Part shown: in pieces, positions 30,726 through 41,345 of the stretch
Layout: each line of letters starts with the position of its first letter
Numbering within the stretch: the first letter of the stretch is position 1
Assembly (NCBI GenBank): GCA_051658525.1
Contig: JBOFMT010000084.1
Location: 1 to 64,000 of the forward strand
Length of the DNA stretch: 64,000 nt
Direction: 5' to 3'
Source of the DNA: Erysipelotrichaceae bacterium
GTDB taxonomy: Bacteria; Bacillota_I; Bacilli_A; Erysipelotrichales; Erysipelotrichaceae
Notes under the pieces: generated by a model
Database searches by the model: none
Told to the model about the DNA's origin: nothing
The model's input: only the letters and a program-made list of their open reading frames with translations
Position numbers and translations under genes: made by a program

Positions 30726-31964
30726 ATGAAAAAAATAAAAACCATCCATTATGCTTGGATTTTGCTCCTAGCATTGTGTGTGATTCGCAGTTTATCCGCT
30801 GCTGGAATTAATAATACAGGAGGTCTATTCTTAAAGCCAGTTGCTGATAGTTTAGGCACCGGTGTAGGTAACTTATCCATCTATTTCTCCATATCTTCCA
30901 TCGCGACATTATTCTTTATGCCGATTGCTGGAAAGCTCGTAAAGACAATGTCAACCAAACGCTTGATTCAATATGCGATCTTAATTCAAGCAGGAAGTTT
31001 TATTGCCCTTGGTTTTATGAACCATGTAGTTGCATGGTATCTACTCGCTATTCCACTTGGTATTGGAGGAGCCATTCTAGTAAATTTAGTAGGACCGATT
31101 CTTATCAATCGCTGGTTCCATAAAAACGCTGGTTTAGCCTTGGGAATTTTAATGGCTAGCGTTGGTTTATTTGGTGCTGTCATTCAACCTGCACTTAGCG
31201 CAAGCATTGCCAATACCGGATGGAGAAGTTCTTATATTATTTTAGGAACCGTTGTTCTTATCATCGTCTTATTGGTAACGTATTTTGGAATTAAAGACCA
31301 GCCTAGTGATATTGGACTACTGCCTGTCGGTATGGATACGGAAACAATGGAGGCGAGTGCAAACACGCAACAAACAGGTTTGACAATACAAGCTGCACGC
31401 AGTTCAAAAGCGTTCTACTTCCTCATTGTCTTTATGATTACCATTACTGCATTTGGAGCATTCAATCAACATATGGCAACCTACGGTGCTTCACTTGGTT
31501 ACGATGCCAATCGCGTAGGAAGTATTCTATCACTATCGATGATTGGAAGTAGCATTGGAGCCATTGGTATTGGACTCATCAATGATAAAATTGGTGTATA
31601 TAAAACGGCAATGGGCTTGCTCGCTTTGATTGTTATTTCTATCATTAGTTTAGCACTAGGTGCGACTAACATCATGCTCTTCGCTATTGGTTCCTTCTTA
31701 TTGGGGCTTGGTAGTATGGGAATCCCTGTATTGGGCCCTTTATTAGCCAAAACGATGTTTGGAGAAAAAGACTACGAAGAAATATATGCAAATGTTATGA
31801 TGGGTCCACCATTGGCTACTATCTTATTGTTACCACTGTATGGATTCCTATACGATCTTACTGGTAGTTACACGCTTGTAATGATCATTATGTTTATCTT
31901 TATTCTAATTGGTATCGTCAGTATTTACATTGGTTGGAAAAAACGTCCATCCATTGATGCCTAG
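30726..31964 (+). CDS. MFS transporter (oxalate/formate antiporter-like subfamily)
   Basis: 412 aa with 12 predicted TM helices and MFS-type N-terminal organisation. Substrate unknown. Confidence 0.7.
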   Translation: MKKIKTIHYAWILLLALCVIRSLSAAGINNTGGLFLKPVADSLGTGVGNLSIYFSISSIATLFFMPIAGKLVKTMSTKRLIQYAILIQAGSFIALGFMNHVVAWYLLAIPLGIGGAILVNLVGPILINRWFHKNAGLALGILMASVGLFGAVIQPALSASIANTGWRSSYIILGTVVLIIVLLVTYFGIKDQPSDIGLLPVGMDTETMEASANTQQTGLTIQAARSSKAFYFLIVFMITITAFGAFNQHMATYGASLGYDANRVGSILSLSMIGSSIGAIGIGLINDKIGVYKTAMGLLALIVISIISLALGATNIMLFAIGSFLLGLGSMGIPVLGPLLAKTMFGEKDYEEIYANVMMGPPLATILLLPLYGFLYDLTGSYTLVMIIMFIFILIGIVSIYIGWKKRPSIDA

Positions 31965-31974
31965 TTTAACCTAA

Positions 31975-32021
31975 TAAAAAGGATTCCAACCACTGTAAGT
32001 CATGGTTTGGAATCCTTTTTT
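31975..32021. terminator. Bidirectional terminator between the MFS gene and trxB
   Basis: AAAAAGGATTCCAAACCactgtaagtcatGGTTTGGAATCCTTTTTTT. Confidence 0.8.
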
Positions 32022-32026
32022 TGTTC

Positions 32027-32962
32027 TTAGCTATCTTCATGGCTAATATTATTTATTTGATAGAAACACTGTTGAGCCGCAATGGCACCATCACTCGTTG
32101 CAGTAACTACTTGACGTAATGGCTTTGCAATGCAATCCCCAGCTGCGTAGAGTCCTTTGACTGCCGTTTCCATATGAGCATTAACCTGAACAAAACCATA
32201 GGCATCTAGAACGGGTAATTGAGCTAGAAATCCCGTTGCTGGATCAGCACCTATGCACGGAAATACACCATCACAAGAAAGTTGACAAGGCGTATGGTCT
32301 ACCGTATTTTCTAAAATCATACTCGTAACATGTTGACCATCACCAAGAATTTCTTTCGCGATAAAATTTTTCTGATGAACAATTTTGGGATTGTTTTCAA
32401 TTTCCTTTTGCACTTGTAATTCCGCTCGAAAAACATCTCTTCGTGTAATTAAATTCACGCGCTTGGCAAATTTCGATAAGTAACTTGCTTCTTCTAATGC
32501 CGTATTTCCTCCACCGATCACATTTACGATTTTGTCTTTATAAAAAGCTCCATCGCAAGTTGCACAGTAGGAAACACCACGCCCAAGATATTGTTGTTCC
32601 CCCGGAACTCCAAGTAAACGTTCTTTGGTTCCCGTAGCTACGATAACGGTTTTTGCTAGGTAGGTTTGATCTGTACAAACAACGCGTTTTAGTTCACCAA
32701 ACGTCTCTACCTGTTGTACATCACCATAAGCGTATTCACACCCAAAACTAGTTGCATGTTCATACATTTGATATGCTAAGTCTGGTCCACTCGTCTCTTT
32801 GATACCTGGCCAGTTTTCAATTTGATACGTTTTTAATAACTTTCCTCCTGGTGCACTTGCATCTAGAAGCAAGCAAGATAAGCCTGCTCTACTTCCATAC
32901 AATGCAGCGCTCATTCCAGCGGGACCTGCACCAATGATTATAAGATCGAATTGTCGCTCCAT
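32027..32962 (-). CDS. trxB: Thioredoxin-disulfide reductase
   Basis: 311 aa. FAD motif DLIIIGAGPAGMSAALY, redox-active CATCDG, NADPH motif GGGNTALEEA. Confidence 0.93.
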   Translation of the reverse strand: MERQFDLIIIGAGPAGMSAALYGSRAGLSCLLLDASAPGGKLLKTYQIENWPGIKETSGPDLAYQMYEHATSFGCEYAYGDVQQVETFGELKRVVCTDQTYLAKTVIVATGTKERLLGVPGEQQYLGRGVSYCATCDGAFYKDKIVNVIGGGNTALEEASYLSKFAKRVNLITRRDVFRAELQVQKEIENNPKIVHQKNFIAKEILGDGQHVTSMILENTVDHTPCQLSCDGVFPCIGADPATGFLAQLPVLDAYGFVQVNAHMETAVKGLYAAGDCIAKPLRQVVTATSDGAIAAQQCFYQINNISHEDS

Positions 32963-34413
32963 TCTCGGTTCTCCTTCACAAGATCAACTAATGCTTGTAA
33001 ATGCGTAATGGTTACCATCGGTTTCTCTTTTTCGATTGCTTCGCGATTTGCTTCATCACTTACAAAGGCAACAGAGAAGGCAGCCATATTTTTTGCTGTT
33101 TTGATATCACTAGCAAAATCCCCTACATAGATCAAATCATCATGTCCACGATACATAGCTTTGCATGCTTTCATTAATCCTTCTGGATTTGGCTTAGCAT
33201 GTGTGACATCATCTACCCCAACTATACTTTGGAAATAGGTTTCCATTCCAAAGAAAGTAATGGCATGTTGAACCAAAGCATGATTTTTATTTGAAACAAT
33301 ACCAAGGTCGTACCCTTGAGAATGTAGGGAAACTACCGTTTCAAACGCACCGTCCATAAGCGATACCATTTCATCATGATTCTTATAATTAAATTCGCGA
33401 TAGGTTTGAATCATCGCATCGAGTTCTGTTTCATCTGAAGTATACTGTGCAAATGTTTGCTTTAACGTTGGACCAAAAAACGTACGCAGTGTTTTTTCAT
33501 CCAAGACCATTTCTGGACGATGAATTTGGAATGTATGGATAAAGCTTGCTTGAATCAGAGCCTCAGAATCTAAAAGCGTTCCATCAAAATCAAATAACAC
33601 CACGGGTTTTTGCTTTCTAAACATTACTGTATTTTTAAAGATACGATCAAATACACCGAGAATCCCTAAAATACCAATCAAGATAAACATGAGAGAAATC
33701 AATTGTGCAATTCGAATATCTCCCAACATCAAGCTATCCGTACGTAACCCTTCTACATACAAGCGAACCAAACCGTACCATGCGATATAGGCAAACATAA
33801 GATCCCCACGCTTTTTACGACCATAACGCTTATAAACTACTGTGATCAGGAAAAACCCAATCAAGTTACCAATCCCTTCAAATAAGAATGTTGGCTGGCG
33901 ATATTCTCCAGCAATATACATATGGTCCTTAATAAACGTTGGCCAACCGTTATAGAATGCTTCACTGACAACATTCCCATAGGCTTCTTGGTTCATAAAA
34001 TTTCCCCAACGCCCGATAAATTGTGCTACAAGGAGATTTGGCATTACCGCATCTGCAATTCGTAGAGGAGAGATACCTCTGCGTTTAAAGAACCATAGCC
34101 CATAAACAACCGCAGCAATCAATCCACCATGAATCGCCAAACCACCTTCCCAAATATAGAAGATTTTGATTGGGTCTGCCAAATACTTTTCCAATTCAAA
34201 TAGTACATACCATAATCTAGCACCAATAAACGCAATTGGTAACATGGTGATAAAAAAGTCTTCTAGCATATCACTTGGATAGCCCATTTTCTTAATCGTA
34301 CGAGAACTCAACCAATAACAGATCCAGGCTGCAGTTATTACGATAATACCGTACCAAGTAATGGTAATGCTACCGATCTCGACAAATGTTTTAAAATCTG
34401 GAAAAAAAGTCAT
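32938..34413 (-). CDS. lgt: Fusion protein: phosphatidylglycerol--prolipoprotein diacylglyceryl transferase (Lgt) fused to a C-terminal HAD-superfamily phosphatase (PpaX/YvoE-like)
   Basis: 491 aa. Residues 1-260 carry Lgt signatures (ITWYGIIV, GARLWYVLFE, GGLAIHGGLIA, GRWGNFMNQEAYG). Residues ~270-491 form a HAD domain with motif I VLFDFDGTLLDS and later motifs (SNKNH..., GDFASDI). Continuous ORF with no internal stop. Confidence 0.85.
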   Translation of the reverse strand: MTFFPDFKTFVEIGSITITWYGIIVITAAWICYWLSSRTIKKMGYPSDMLEDFFITMLPIAFIGARLWYVLFELEKYLADPIKIFYIWEGGLAIHGGLIAAVVYGLWFFKRRGISPLRIADAVMPNLLVAQFIGRWGNFMNQEAYGNVVSEAFYNGWPTFIKDHMYIAGEYRQPTFLFEGIGNLIGFFLITVVYKRYGRKKRGDLMFAYIAWYGLVRLYVEGLRTDSLMLGDIRIAQLISLMFILIGILGILGVFDRIFKNTVMFRKQKPVVLFDFDGTLLDSEALIQASFIHTFQIHRPEMVLDEKTLRTFFGPTLKQTFAQYTSDETELDAMIQTYREFNYKNHDEMVSLMDGAFETVVSLHSQGYDLGIVSNKNHALVQHAITFFGMETYFQSIVGVDDVTHAKPNPEGLMKACKAMYRGHDDLIYVGDFASDIKTAKNMAAFSVAFVSDEANREAIEKEKPMVTITHLQALVDLVKENREWSDNSIL

Positions 34414-34423
34414 ATGTTACCCC

Positions 34424-35374
34424 CTATCTATTTTGAGCAATCAAATCAAATACACGTTGCTCAAATTCTTTTGCACTGTCCATACCCATTTCTTTTAATG
34501 TGAAGTTGGTTACTGCAGCTTCAATTACTGCTGCCATCGAACGCCCTTCCTTTACAGGGATGCTGATTTTCGGGATATCCACACCTAAAATCGATTCAAA
34601 CATCTCTTCACCGACACCAATACGGTCGTATGTCTTATTCTTACTCCAGTGTTCTAATTCTATCACTAAATCGACACCTTTTTTCTTTAAGACACTAGAT
34701 ACACCAAACATGCGCGCAACGGAAATAATTCCAACTCCGCGAATTTCCAACATACCTTCTAATAGTTCAGGTGCTTTCCCAATCAAATGATTATGGATTT
34801 TATAACAATCGACACGATCATCAGCAACGAGTAAGTGACCGCGCTTAATTAATTCAAGTGCAATCTCACTTTTCCCTAATCCACTCTCGCCTTTTATAAG
34901 AACACCTTTTCCAAAGATGGATAAGAAACCACCATGAACATTATCGAATGGTGCCATCATCTCATCCAAATCCATAATAAGAAGGATAATCAATTGATAG
35001 GTTGGAATATCCGTTTGGAAAATTGGAAAGTTCTTTTCCTTTGCTATTTCTTCCAGTAATGGCGGTATCGGATGATTTTTCGCAATAATAATCGCAGGTG
35101 TTGGATCTTTTGTTAGAAAATCAAACGCGGTTCGTTGATGTTCCTCACTCATGATTTTAATATATTCAATTTCTTTATCACCGAAAATAATCAAACGCTT
35201 TGACTGTGAATAATCAAAATATTGTGCCAACTCCAATCCTGGACGATTGATATCCGGAATCTCAATCATCCGATTGAGACTCTCATCATTCCCTACGATT
35301 TGTGTAAAATTAAAATGATCAATCAACACACGAACACTTTGTGGTTGAATTTCAGTTTGATTGTGATTTGGCAT
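34424..35374 (-). CDS. hprK: HPr kinase/phosphorylase
   Basis: 316 aa. Walker A GESGLGKSE, HPrK signature LVADDRV. Conserved hprK-lgt order. Confidence 0.93.
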   Translation of the reverse strand: MPNHNQTEIQPQSVRVLIDHFNFTQIVGNDESLNRMIEIPDINRPGLELAQYFDYSQSKRLIIFGDKEIEYIKIMSEEHQRTAFDFLTKDPTPAIIIAKNHPIPPLLEEIAKEKNFPIFQTDIPTYQLIILLIMDLDEMMAPFDNVHGGFLSIFGKGVLIKGESGLGKSEIALELIKRGHLLVADDRVDCYKIHNHLIGKAPELLEGMLEIRGVGIISVARMFGVSSVLKKKGVDLVIELEHWSKNKTYDRIGVGEEMFESILGVDIPKISIPVKEGRSMAAVIEAAVTNFTLKEMGMDSAKEFEQRVFDLIAQNR

Positions 35375-38201
35375 ATTCTTTCCCTCTTTTTAATACTTCT
35401 TTTAAGAAGCTTGCTGTATACGATTTTTTGACTTTAACAATTTCTTCCGGTGTTCCTTTTGCTACAATGCTACCACCTTCATCTCCACCTTCTGGACCAA
35501 TATCAATAATGTAGTCCCCACATTTGATAACATCCAAATTATGTTCAATTACAACAACACTATCGCCATTGGTAACGATACGTTGGAGTACTTTAATTAA
35601 CTTCGCTACGTCTGCGGTATGCAAACCTGTTGTTGGTTCATCTAGGACAAACAACGTTTTTCCCGTTGCTCTTTTTTGAAGTTCACTTGCAAGTTTTACC
35701 CGCTGTGCTTCTCCACCAGATAGCGTGGTCGCACTTTGTCCTAACTTCACATATCCCAAACCTACATCTTTTAGAGTCTGTAGTTTATGCTTGATCTTAT
35801 GGATGGAATGAAAAAATTCAATTCCTTCTTCAACACTTAAATCTAGCACGTCTGCGATACTTTTACCTTTATAAGTAACTTGTAATGTTTCATCATTATA
35901 GCGTTTTCCATGACATTCATCACAAGGTACATACACATCTGGTAGAAAATGCATTGAGATTTTCAAAATTCCATCTCCCTGACAAGCTTCGCAACGACCT
36001 CCTCTTACATTAAAGGAGAATCTTCCTTTTTCGTAACCACGGATTTTTGCTTCTGGACTTTGCGCAAATAAGTCCCGAATATCATCAAATACACCAGTGT
36101 ACGTTGCTGGATTGGATCTTGGCGTACGTCCGATTGGATCTTGTGAGATTTCGATGATCTTATCGATATGTTCCATTCCTTCAATTGCATCATGGGCACC
36201 TGGTTTTACTTTTAGTCTACCAAGTTCGTGTTGGATTCCTTTGGTTAAGATTTCATTTACAAGGGAAGACTTTCCACTACCAGAAACGCCGGTTACAACC
36301 GTTAACGTGTTAAGTGGGAAACCCACACTAACATTTTTCAAGTTATTTTCTCTGGCATTTTTAATTTGGATCCAATTTCCATTTCCCTTACTTCGCTCTT
36401 TTGGAACTGGAATTTGTTTTTTCATCGATAAGTATAATCCTGTAAGCGAATGTGGATTATCCATCACTTGTTGCGGTGTCCCCTGAGCCACTACTTGGCC
36501 ACCGTGAATCCCTGCACCAGGTCCGATGTCGATAATATAATCGCTCTCAAGCATGGTATCTTCATCATGTTCTACGACAATAAGAGAATTCCCCAAGTCA
36601 CGCATATCTTTTAAGGCACCAATCAGCCTTTGATTGTCCCGTTGATGAAGTCCAATCGATGGTTCATCTAAAACATATAAAACACCGCTGAGTCGAGAGC
36701 CAATTTGTGTCGCTAAACGAATTCGTTGTGCTTCTCCACCACTCAAACTTCCCGCAATGCGATCGAGTGTTAGGTAACTCAATCCAACATTATTTAAGAA
36801 ACTATAGCGTTCCTTGATTTCTTTCAAGATCAAACGCGCAATTTCTTCTTGTTGTTGTGTTAGCACAATGTTATCGAAGAAAGCGATTCCTTGTTTGATG
36901 GACATTGCTGTCATTTCAAAGATATTTAATCCATTTACACGAACACTCAATGCAACTTCGTTAAGACGGTGTCCATTACAAACAGGACAAGTTGCCTCCA
37001 TCATGTACGATTGATAATACTCTCTCGCAGATGAAGAAGTTGTTTCCATATGACGTCGTTCAATTAAACTAGCAATTCCTTCGATAAACTCCATTCGTTC
37101 AAAACTGCCACCTGATTTTGAATACATTTTATATTCAATTAAATCTTGGCTGCCTTTCATGATATAATCCATTTCTTTTTTGGTTAGATCTCGAATTGGC
37201 TTATCACAATCAATTTCATAATATGTGAGTAATGCACGCATTTTTTGCCATTCTAGATTATCGCGAAGCATGATATTTTTATAGTAAACAATACCACCTT
37301 CATTGATTGATTTTGATTTGTCAGGAACCAGTATATCCCAGTCTACTTTTTGTGTAATACCCAGACCTCGGCAGTTACCACATGCACCTAGTGGATTATT
37401 GAAGGAAAAGAGTCTTGGTTCGAGTTCAGGTGTTGAGAAATCACAATAGCGGCAAGCATAGTTGGAAGAAAACAAAAGTTCCTCTTCATTATATGCAACC
37501 ATAGCGATTCCATGTCCCATTTTTAGTGCTACTTCTAAGGAGTCATGAATTCTCGAACGATCCTCACCTTTCACAATACGATCCACTACAACGTCAATCG
37601 TGTATTTTTTATTTTTACTTAATGGTTCCATCTCTTCAATTAATACTAGTTGTCCATTGATTCGAAGACGTAAATACCCTTCTTTTTGAAGTCGATCAAT
37701 GAGTTCTTTATGAGTACCTTTTTTCCCTTTCGAGATCGGAGCTAAAATCATCAAACGAGTTTTATCCTCCAATTCCATCACACGATCCACCATTTGCTTA
37801 ATCGTTTGAGACGTTATTGGTTCATTGTGTGTAGGGCAATATGGAACACCAATACGCGCGTACAACAAGCGAAGGTAATCGTAAATCTCTGTTACGGTTC
37901 CTACTGTCGAACGCGGATTATTACTCGTCGTTTTCTGATCAATCGCGATAGATGGAGACAATCCTTCAATACTATCAACATCCGGTTTTTCACTATTGCC
38001 TAAAAACTGGCGTGCATAAGCACTTAAGGACTCCATATATCGACGTTGACCTTCAGCATAGATTGTATCAAATGCCAATGATGTCTTACCTGAGCCAGAA
38101 ACACCCGTCATAATGACAAACTTATTTCTCGGCACTTCGATATCGATATTTTTTAAATTGTTTTCTCTAGCACCTTTGATGCGTATTGTATCGTTGTTCA
38201 T
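35352..38201 (-). CDS. uvrA: Excinuclease ABC subunit A
   Basis: 949 aa with two ABC ATPase modules (GVSGSGKSSL twice) and Zn-finger cysteines. Confidence 0.96.
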   Translation of the reverse strand: MNNDTIRIKGARENNLKNIDIEVPRNKFVIMTGVSGSGKTSLAFDTIYAEGQRRYMESLSAYARQFLGNSEKPDVDSIEGLSPSIAIDQKTTSNNPRSTVGTVTEIYDYLRLLYARIGVPYCPTHNEPITSQTIKQMVDRVMELEDKTRLMILAPISKGKKGTHKELIDRLQKEGYLRLRINGQLVLIEEMEPLSKNKKYTIDVVVDRIVKGEDRSRIHDSLEVALKMGHGIAMVAYNEEELLFSSNYACRYCDFSTPELEPRLFSFNNPLGACGNCRGLGITQKVDWDILVPDKSKSINEGGIVYYKNIMLRDNLEWQKMRALLTYYEIDCDKPIRDLTKKEMDYIMKGSQDLIEYKMYSKSGGSFERMEFIEGIASLIERRHMETTSSSAREYYQSYMMEATCPVCNGHRLNEVALSVRVNGLNIFEMTAMSIKQGIAFFDNIVLTQQQEEIARLILKEIKERYSFLNNVGLSYLTLDRIAGSLSGGEAQRIRLATQIGSRLSGVLYVLDEPSIGLHQRDNQRLIGALKDMRDLGNSLIVVEHDEDTMLESDYIIDIGPGAGIHGGQVVAQGTPQQVMDNPHSLTGLYLSMKKQIPVPKERSKGNGNWIQIKNARENNLKNVSVGFPLNTLTVVTGVSGSGKSSLVNEILTKGIQHELGRLKVKPGAHDAIEGMEHIDKIIEISQDPIGRTPRSNPATYTGVFDDIRDLFAQSPEAKIRGYEKGRFSFNVRGGRCEACQGDGILKISMHFLPDVYVPCDECHGKRYNDETLQVTYKGKSIADVLDLSVEEGIEFFHSIHKIKHKLQTLKDVGLGYVKLGQSATTLSGGEAQRVKLASELQKRATGKTLFVLDEPTTGLHTADVAKLIKVLQRIVTNGDSVVVIEHNLDVIKCGDYIIDIGPEGGDEGGSIVAKGTPEEIVKVKKSYTASFLKEVLKRGKEYAKSQSN

Positions 38202-38215
38202 ATTCTTTCCTCTAT

Positions 38216-39352
38216 CTATTCTTCAACCACGCATGGTGGCGCTTTGGCATCCAATCGCCGTTTCACTTCATCTGATAGCAAACGATAACACACGGCAACT
38301 ACTGGGATTCCTAATATAATTCCAAGCAATCCAAAAAATCCACCACCGATGGTAATACCCAATAATACCCACAAGCCGGATAATCCTACGGAATTCCCAA
38401 CGACGCGTGGATATATGATGTTAGCTTCAAACTGCTGCAAGACAATAATGAAGACAACAAAAATCACTGCCTTGATTGGATCAATCAATAAAATCAAAAT
38501 AACACCTGGCACCGTCCCAATGATTGGTCCAAAGATAGGTATAATGTTAGTGATACCAACAAAGACACCGAGTATTGGTGCATAGGGAATCTGTAAAATG
38601 ACACATCCTATATAACACAATACACCGATAATAAAGGCTTCAATCAACTGGCCAGAAATAAAATTGGAAAACGCATCATTGGTTAGTTTAGCGCTATACA
38701 TTACATAATCATAAATGTCTGTTCTCGCAAATGCCTTTAGTAGCGCTTTACATTGACGAAGTAAAGTGTCTTTACTCGCAACCATGTAAATCGCCATTAC
38801 CAATCCTAAAAACGTATTGGCAATACCAGCTGTTACACCACCAGCAATGGATAACAATCGCGGCAACAAATCGGAAAGCAACGAGAAAAAACTTGATTGT
38901 AGCTGAGTCAAATAGTTTTCAATCACAACCATATTTGCGTTGCTAATATTCAATGCTGCTACAAGCTCATCAATGATGACTTGACCACGTTGAATATAAT
39001 TTGGTAATTCTTCTTTGAACATCATTACACTATCTACAATCTGTGGTCCAATAATATTTATCAAAAATACCAAAATACCCACAACCAAAAGTCCGGAGCA
39101 AATTGCACTCCAAAGTCTACGGTGTGACTGAATTTTACTAGGCAATTTCCTTTCAAAATATTTCATTGGTAAATTGAAAACAAATGCAAACCCAATCCCA
39201 ATAATAACTGGTGAGATAACACTTAATAATTTTCCCAAGAATGCAGTTACCGCACTCCAATTAATGACACATAAAATTAAGAATATAGTATAGGTAATGG
39301 TCCATAATACATGCTTCATCGTCATCTTGGATACCTTATGATCAACTTTCAT
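38216..39352 (-). CDS. AI-2E family transporter (PerM/YtvI-like)
   Basis: 378 aa, about 8 TM helices, AI-2E-like topology. Inserted between uvrA and uvrB. Confidence 0.7.
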   Translation of the reverse strand: MKVDHKVSKMTMKHVLWTITYTIFLILCVINWSAVTAFLGKLLSVISPVIIGIGFAFVFNLPMKYFERKLPSKIQSHRRLWSAICSGLLVVGILVFLINIIGPQIVDSVMMFKEELPNYIQRGQVIIDELVAALNISNANMVVIENYLTQLQSSFFSLLSDLLPRLLSIAGGVTAGIANTFLGLVMAIYMVASKDTLLRQCKALLKAFARTDIYDYVMYSAKLTNDAFSNFISGQLIEAFIIGVLCYIGCVILQIPYAPILGVFVGITNIIPIFGPIIGTVPGVILILLIDPIKAVIFVVFIIVLQQFEANIIYPRVVGNSVGLSGLWVLLGITIGGGFFGLLGIILGIPVVAVCYRLLSDEVKRRLDAKAPPCVVEE

Positions 39353-39368
39353 ATCGATGCCCCCCTAG

Positions 39369-41345
39369 TTAACTATTGCGTAATTCAATTAAAATATCGC
39401 GTAATTCCGCAGCGCGTTCAAAGTCCATGGTTCTTGCTGCTTCCTTCATTTCTTTTTCAATGTCTTTCAACATCTTATCTTTATCTTTTTTATTAACTTT
39501 GGCCTTTTTACTAATATAGCGAGCCGTCATTTCTTGCGTTTCTTTACTTCTAACAACCTCATGAATCGGCTTAATAATCGTCTTAGGCGTAATTCCATTG
39601 GCAAGATTATGAGCGATTTGAATCTCGCGACGGCGGTTAGTTTCATCTAGTGCTTTTTGCATTGACTGCGTGATTTTATCCGCATACATAATTACAAATC
39701 CATGATCGTTACGGGCAGCACGCCCAATAATTTGAATCAAAGATCGCTCAGAACGTAAGAATCCTTCTTTATCTGCATCCAGTATCGCTATCATACTTAC
39801 TTCCGGAATATCCAAACCTTCACGCAATAAGTTAATTCCGACTAGTACATCGTATTTCCCTTTACGCAAATCACGAATAATCTCAGTTCTCTCAATTGTT
39901 TTTACCTCATGATGCAACCAAGCAACCTTGATATCAAGTTGCTTTAAGTAAGATGATAAATCTTCCGCCATACGCACCGTTAATGCAGTAATTAGTACAC
40001 GCTCATCTCTTGCGATACGTATTCGAATCTCATCAATTAAATCATCAATTTGGCCCATTGTTGGTCGTACTTCCACGAGTGGATCCAACAATCCTGTCGG
40101 ACGAATAATCTGCTCTACAATTTCACCTTTGGTTTTTTCTAACTCGTAATCCCCTGGTGTTGCCGATACATAAATCGCTTGTTTTACAACACCTTCAAAC
40201 TCTTCAAAACGCATTGGACGGTTGTCGAGTGCACTAGGTAAGCGGAAACCATAGTTTACTAGTACATCTTTTCTAGCACGGTCCCCATTGTACATTCCAC
40301 GTACTTGTGGCAATGAAACATGACTTTCATCTACAACAAGTAAAAAATCATCCGGAAAATAATCAAATAACGTATATGGTCGCTCACCAGCACTTCGACC
40401 ATCCAAATGTCGGGAATAGTTTTCAATACCAGGACAAAAACCGAATTCACGCAAAGCTTCCATATCATACATACAACGTTGCTCTAAACGTTGATGTTCA
40501 AGAAGTTTGTTTTCCTTTAAAAAATAAGCCAAGCGCTGTTCTAATTCCGCTTTGATGGTATCCACAGCACGTAAGACAATATCTTTTGGTGTTGCATAAC
40601 CACTCGCTGGATAGAATACATAAACGCCATACGATTGCAGTACTTTACCGGTTAGAGGGTCTACTTCGGAAATACGTTCAACCTCATCGTCAAACAATTC
40701 TATCCGAATAATGAAATCATCTCGATGTCCTGGAACAATTTCGATACTATCACCACGTACACGGAAGGTACCTCGCAAGGCATCCATATCGTTTCTTGTA
40801 TACTGACGATCAACAAGTTTCATCAACAGTACTTTACGTTCAATGACCTCTCCAACACGGAGGCTGAAAAACATATCACGGTATTGTTCTGGATTACTTG
40901 CTCCATAGATACAAGCAACCGACGCGATAATAATGGTATCCCGGCGTTCTAGCACCGAATTTACAGCTGCCATACGCAGCATATCCAATTCCATATTCGT
41001 AGTAGCTGTTTTATCAATATACGTATCTGAAGTTGGCAAATAGGCCTCCGGTTGATAGTAATCGAAATTTGAAACAAAATATTCTACTCGATTATGTGGA
41101 AAAAATTCCTTAAACTCCGAGTACAATTGTCCAGCAAGGGTTTTATTATGTACAAAAACCAATGTTGGTTTATTGACCTGTGCAATTACGTTAGAAATTG
41201 TAAATGTCTTTCCTGTTCCTGTAGCCCCCAATAAAACCTGGTGCTTCTCTCCAGATTGGATGCCATTCACCAATTTTTCTATTGCTTTTGGTTGGTCTCC
41301 TCCAGGTTGATACGAGGAAACGAGTTCAAACATTTTATTTTCCAT
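39369..41345 (-). CDS. uvrB: Excinuclease ABC subunit B
   Basis: [34 protein letters not shown], helicase motifs, C-terminal UVR domain. Start set at MENKMFELV (41345). Confidence 0.95.
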   Translation of the reverse strand: MENKMFELVSSYQPGGDQPKAIEKLVNGIQSGEKHQVLLGATGTGKTFTISNVIAQVNKPTLVFVHNKTLAGQLYSEFKEFFPHNRVEYFVSNFDYYQPEAYLPTSDTYIDKTATTNMELDMLRMAAVNSVLERRDTIIIASVACIYGASNPEQYRDMFFSLRVGEVIERKVLLMKLVDRQYTRNDMDALRGTFRVRGDSIEIVPGHRDDFIIRIELFDDEVERISEVDPLTGKVLQSYGVYVFYPASGYATPKDIVLRAVDTIKAELEQRLAYFLKENKLLEHQRLEQRCMYDMEALREFGFCPGIENYSRHLDGRSAGERPYTLFDYFPDDFLLVVDESHVSLPQVRGMYNGDRARKDVLVNYGFRLPSALDNRPMRFEEFEGVVKQAIYVSATPGDYELEKTKGEIVEQIIRPTGLLDPLVEVRPTMGQIDDLIDEIRIRIARDERVLITALTVRMAEDLSSYLKQLDIKVAWLHHEVKTIERTEIIRDLRKGKYDVLVGINLLREGLDIPEVSMIAILDADKEGFLRSERSLIQIIGRAARNDHGFVIMYADKITQSMQKALDETNRRREIQIAHNLANGITPKTIIKPIHEVVRSKETQEMTARYISKKAKVNKKDKDKMLKDIEKEMKEAARTMDFERAAELRDILIELRNS

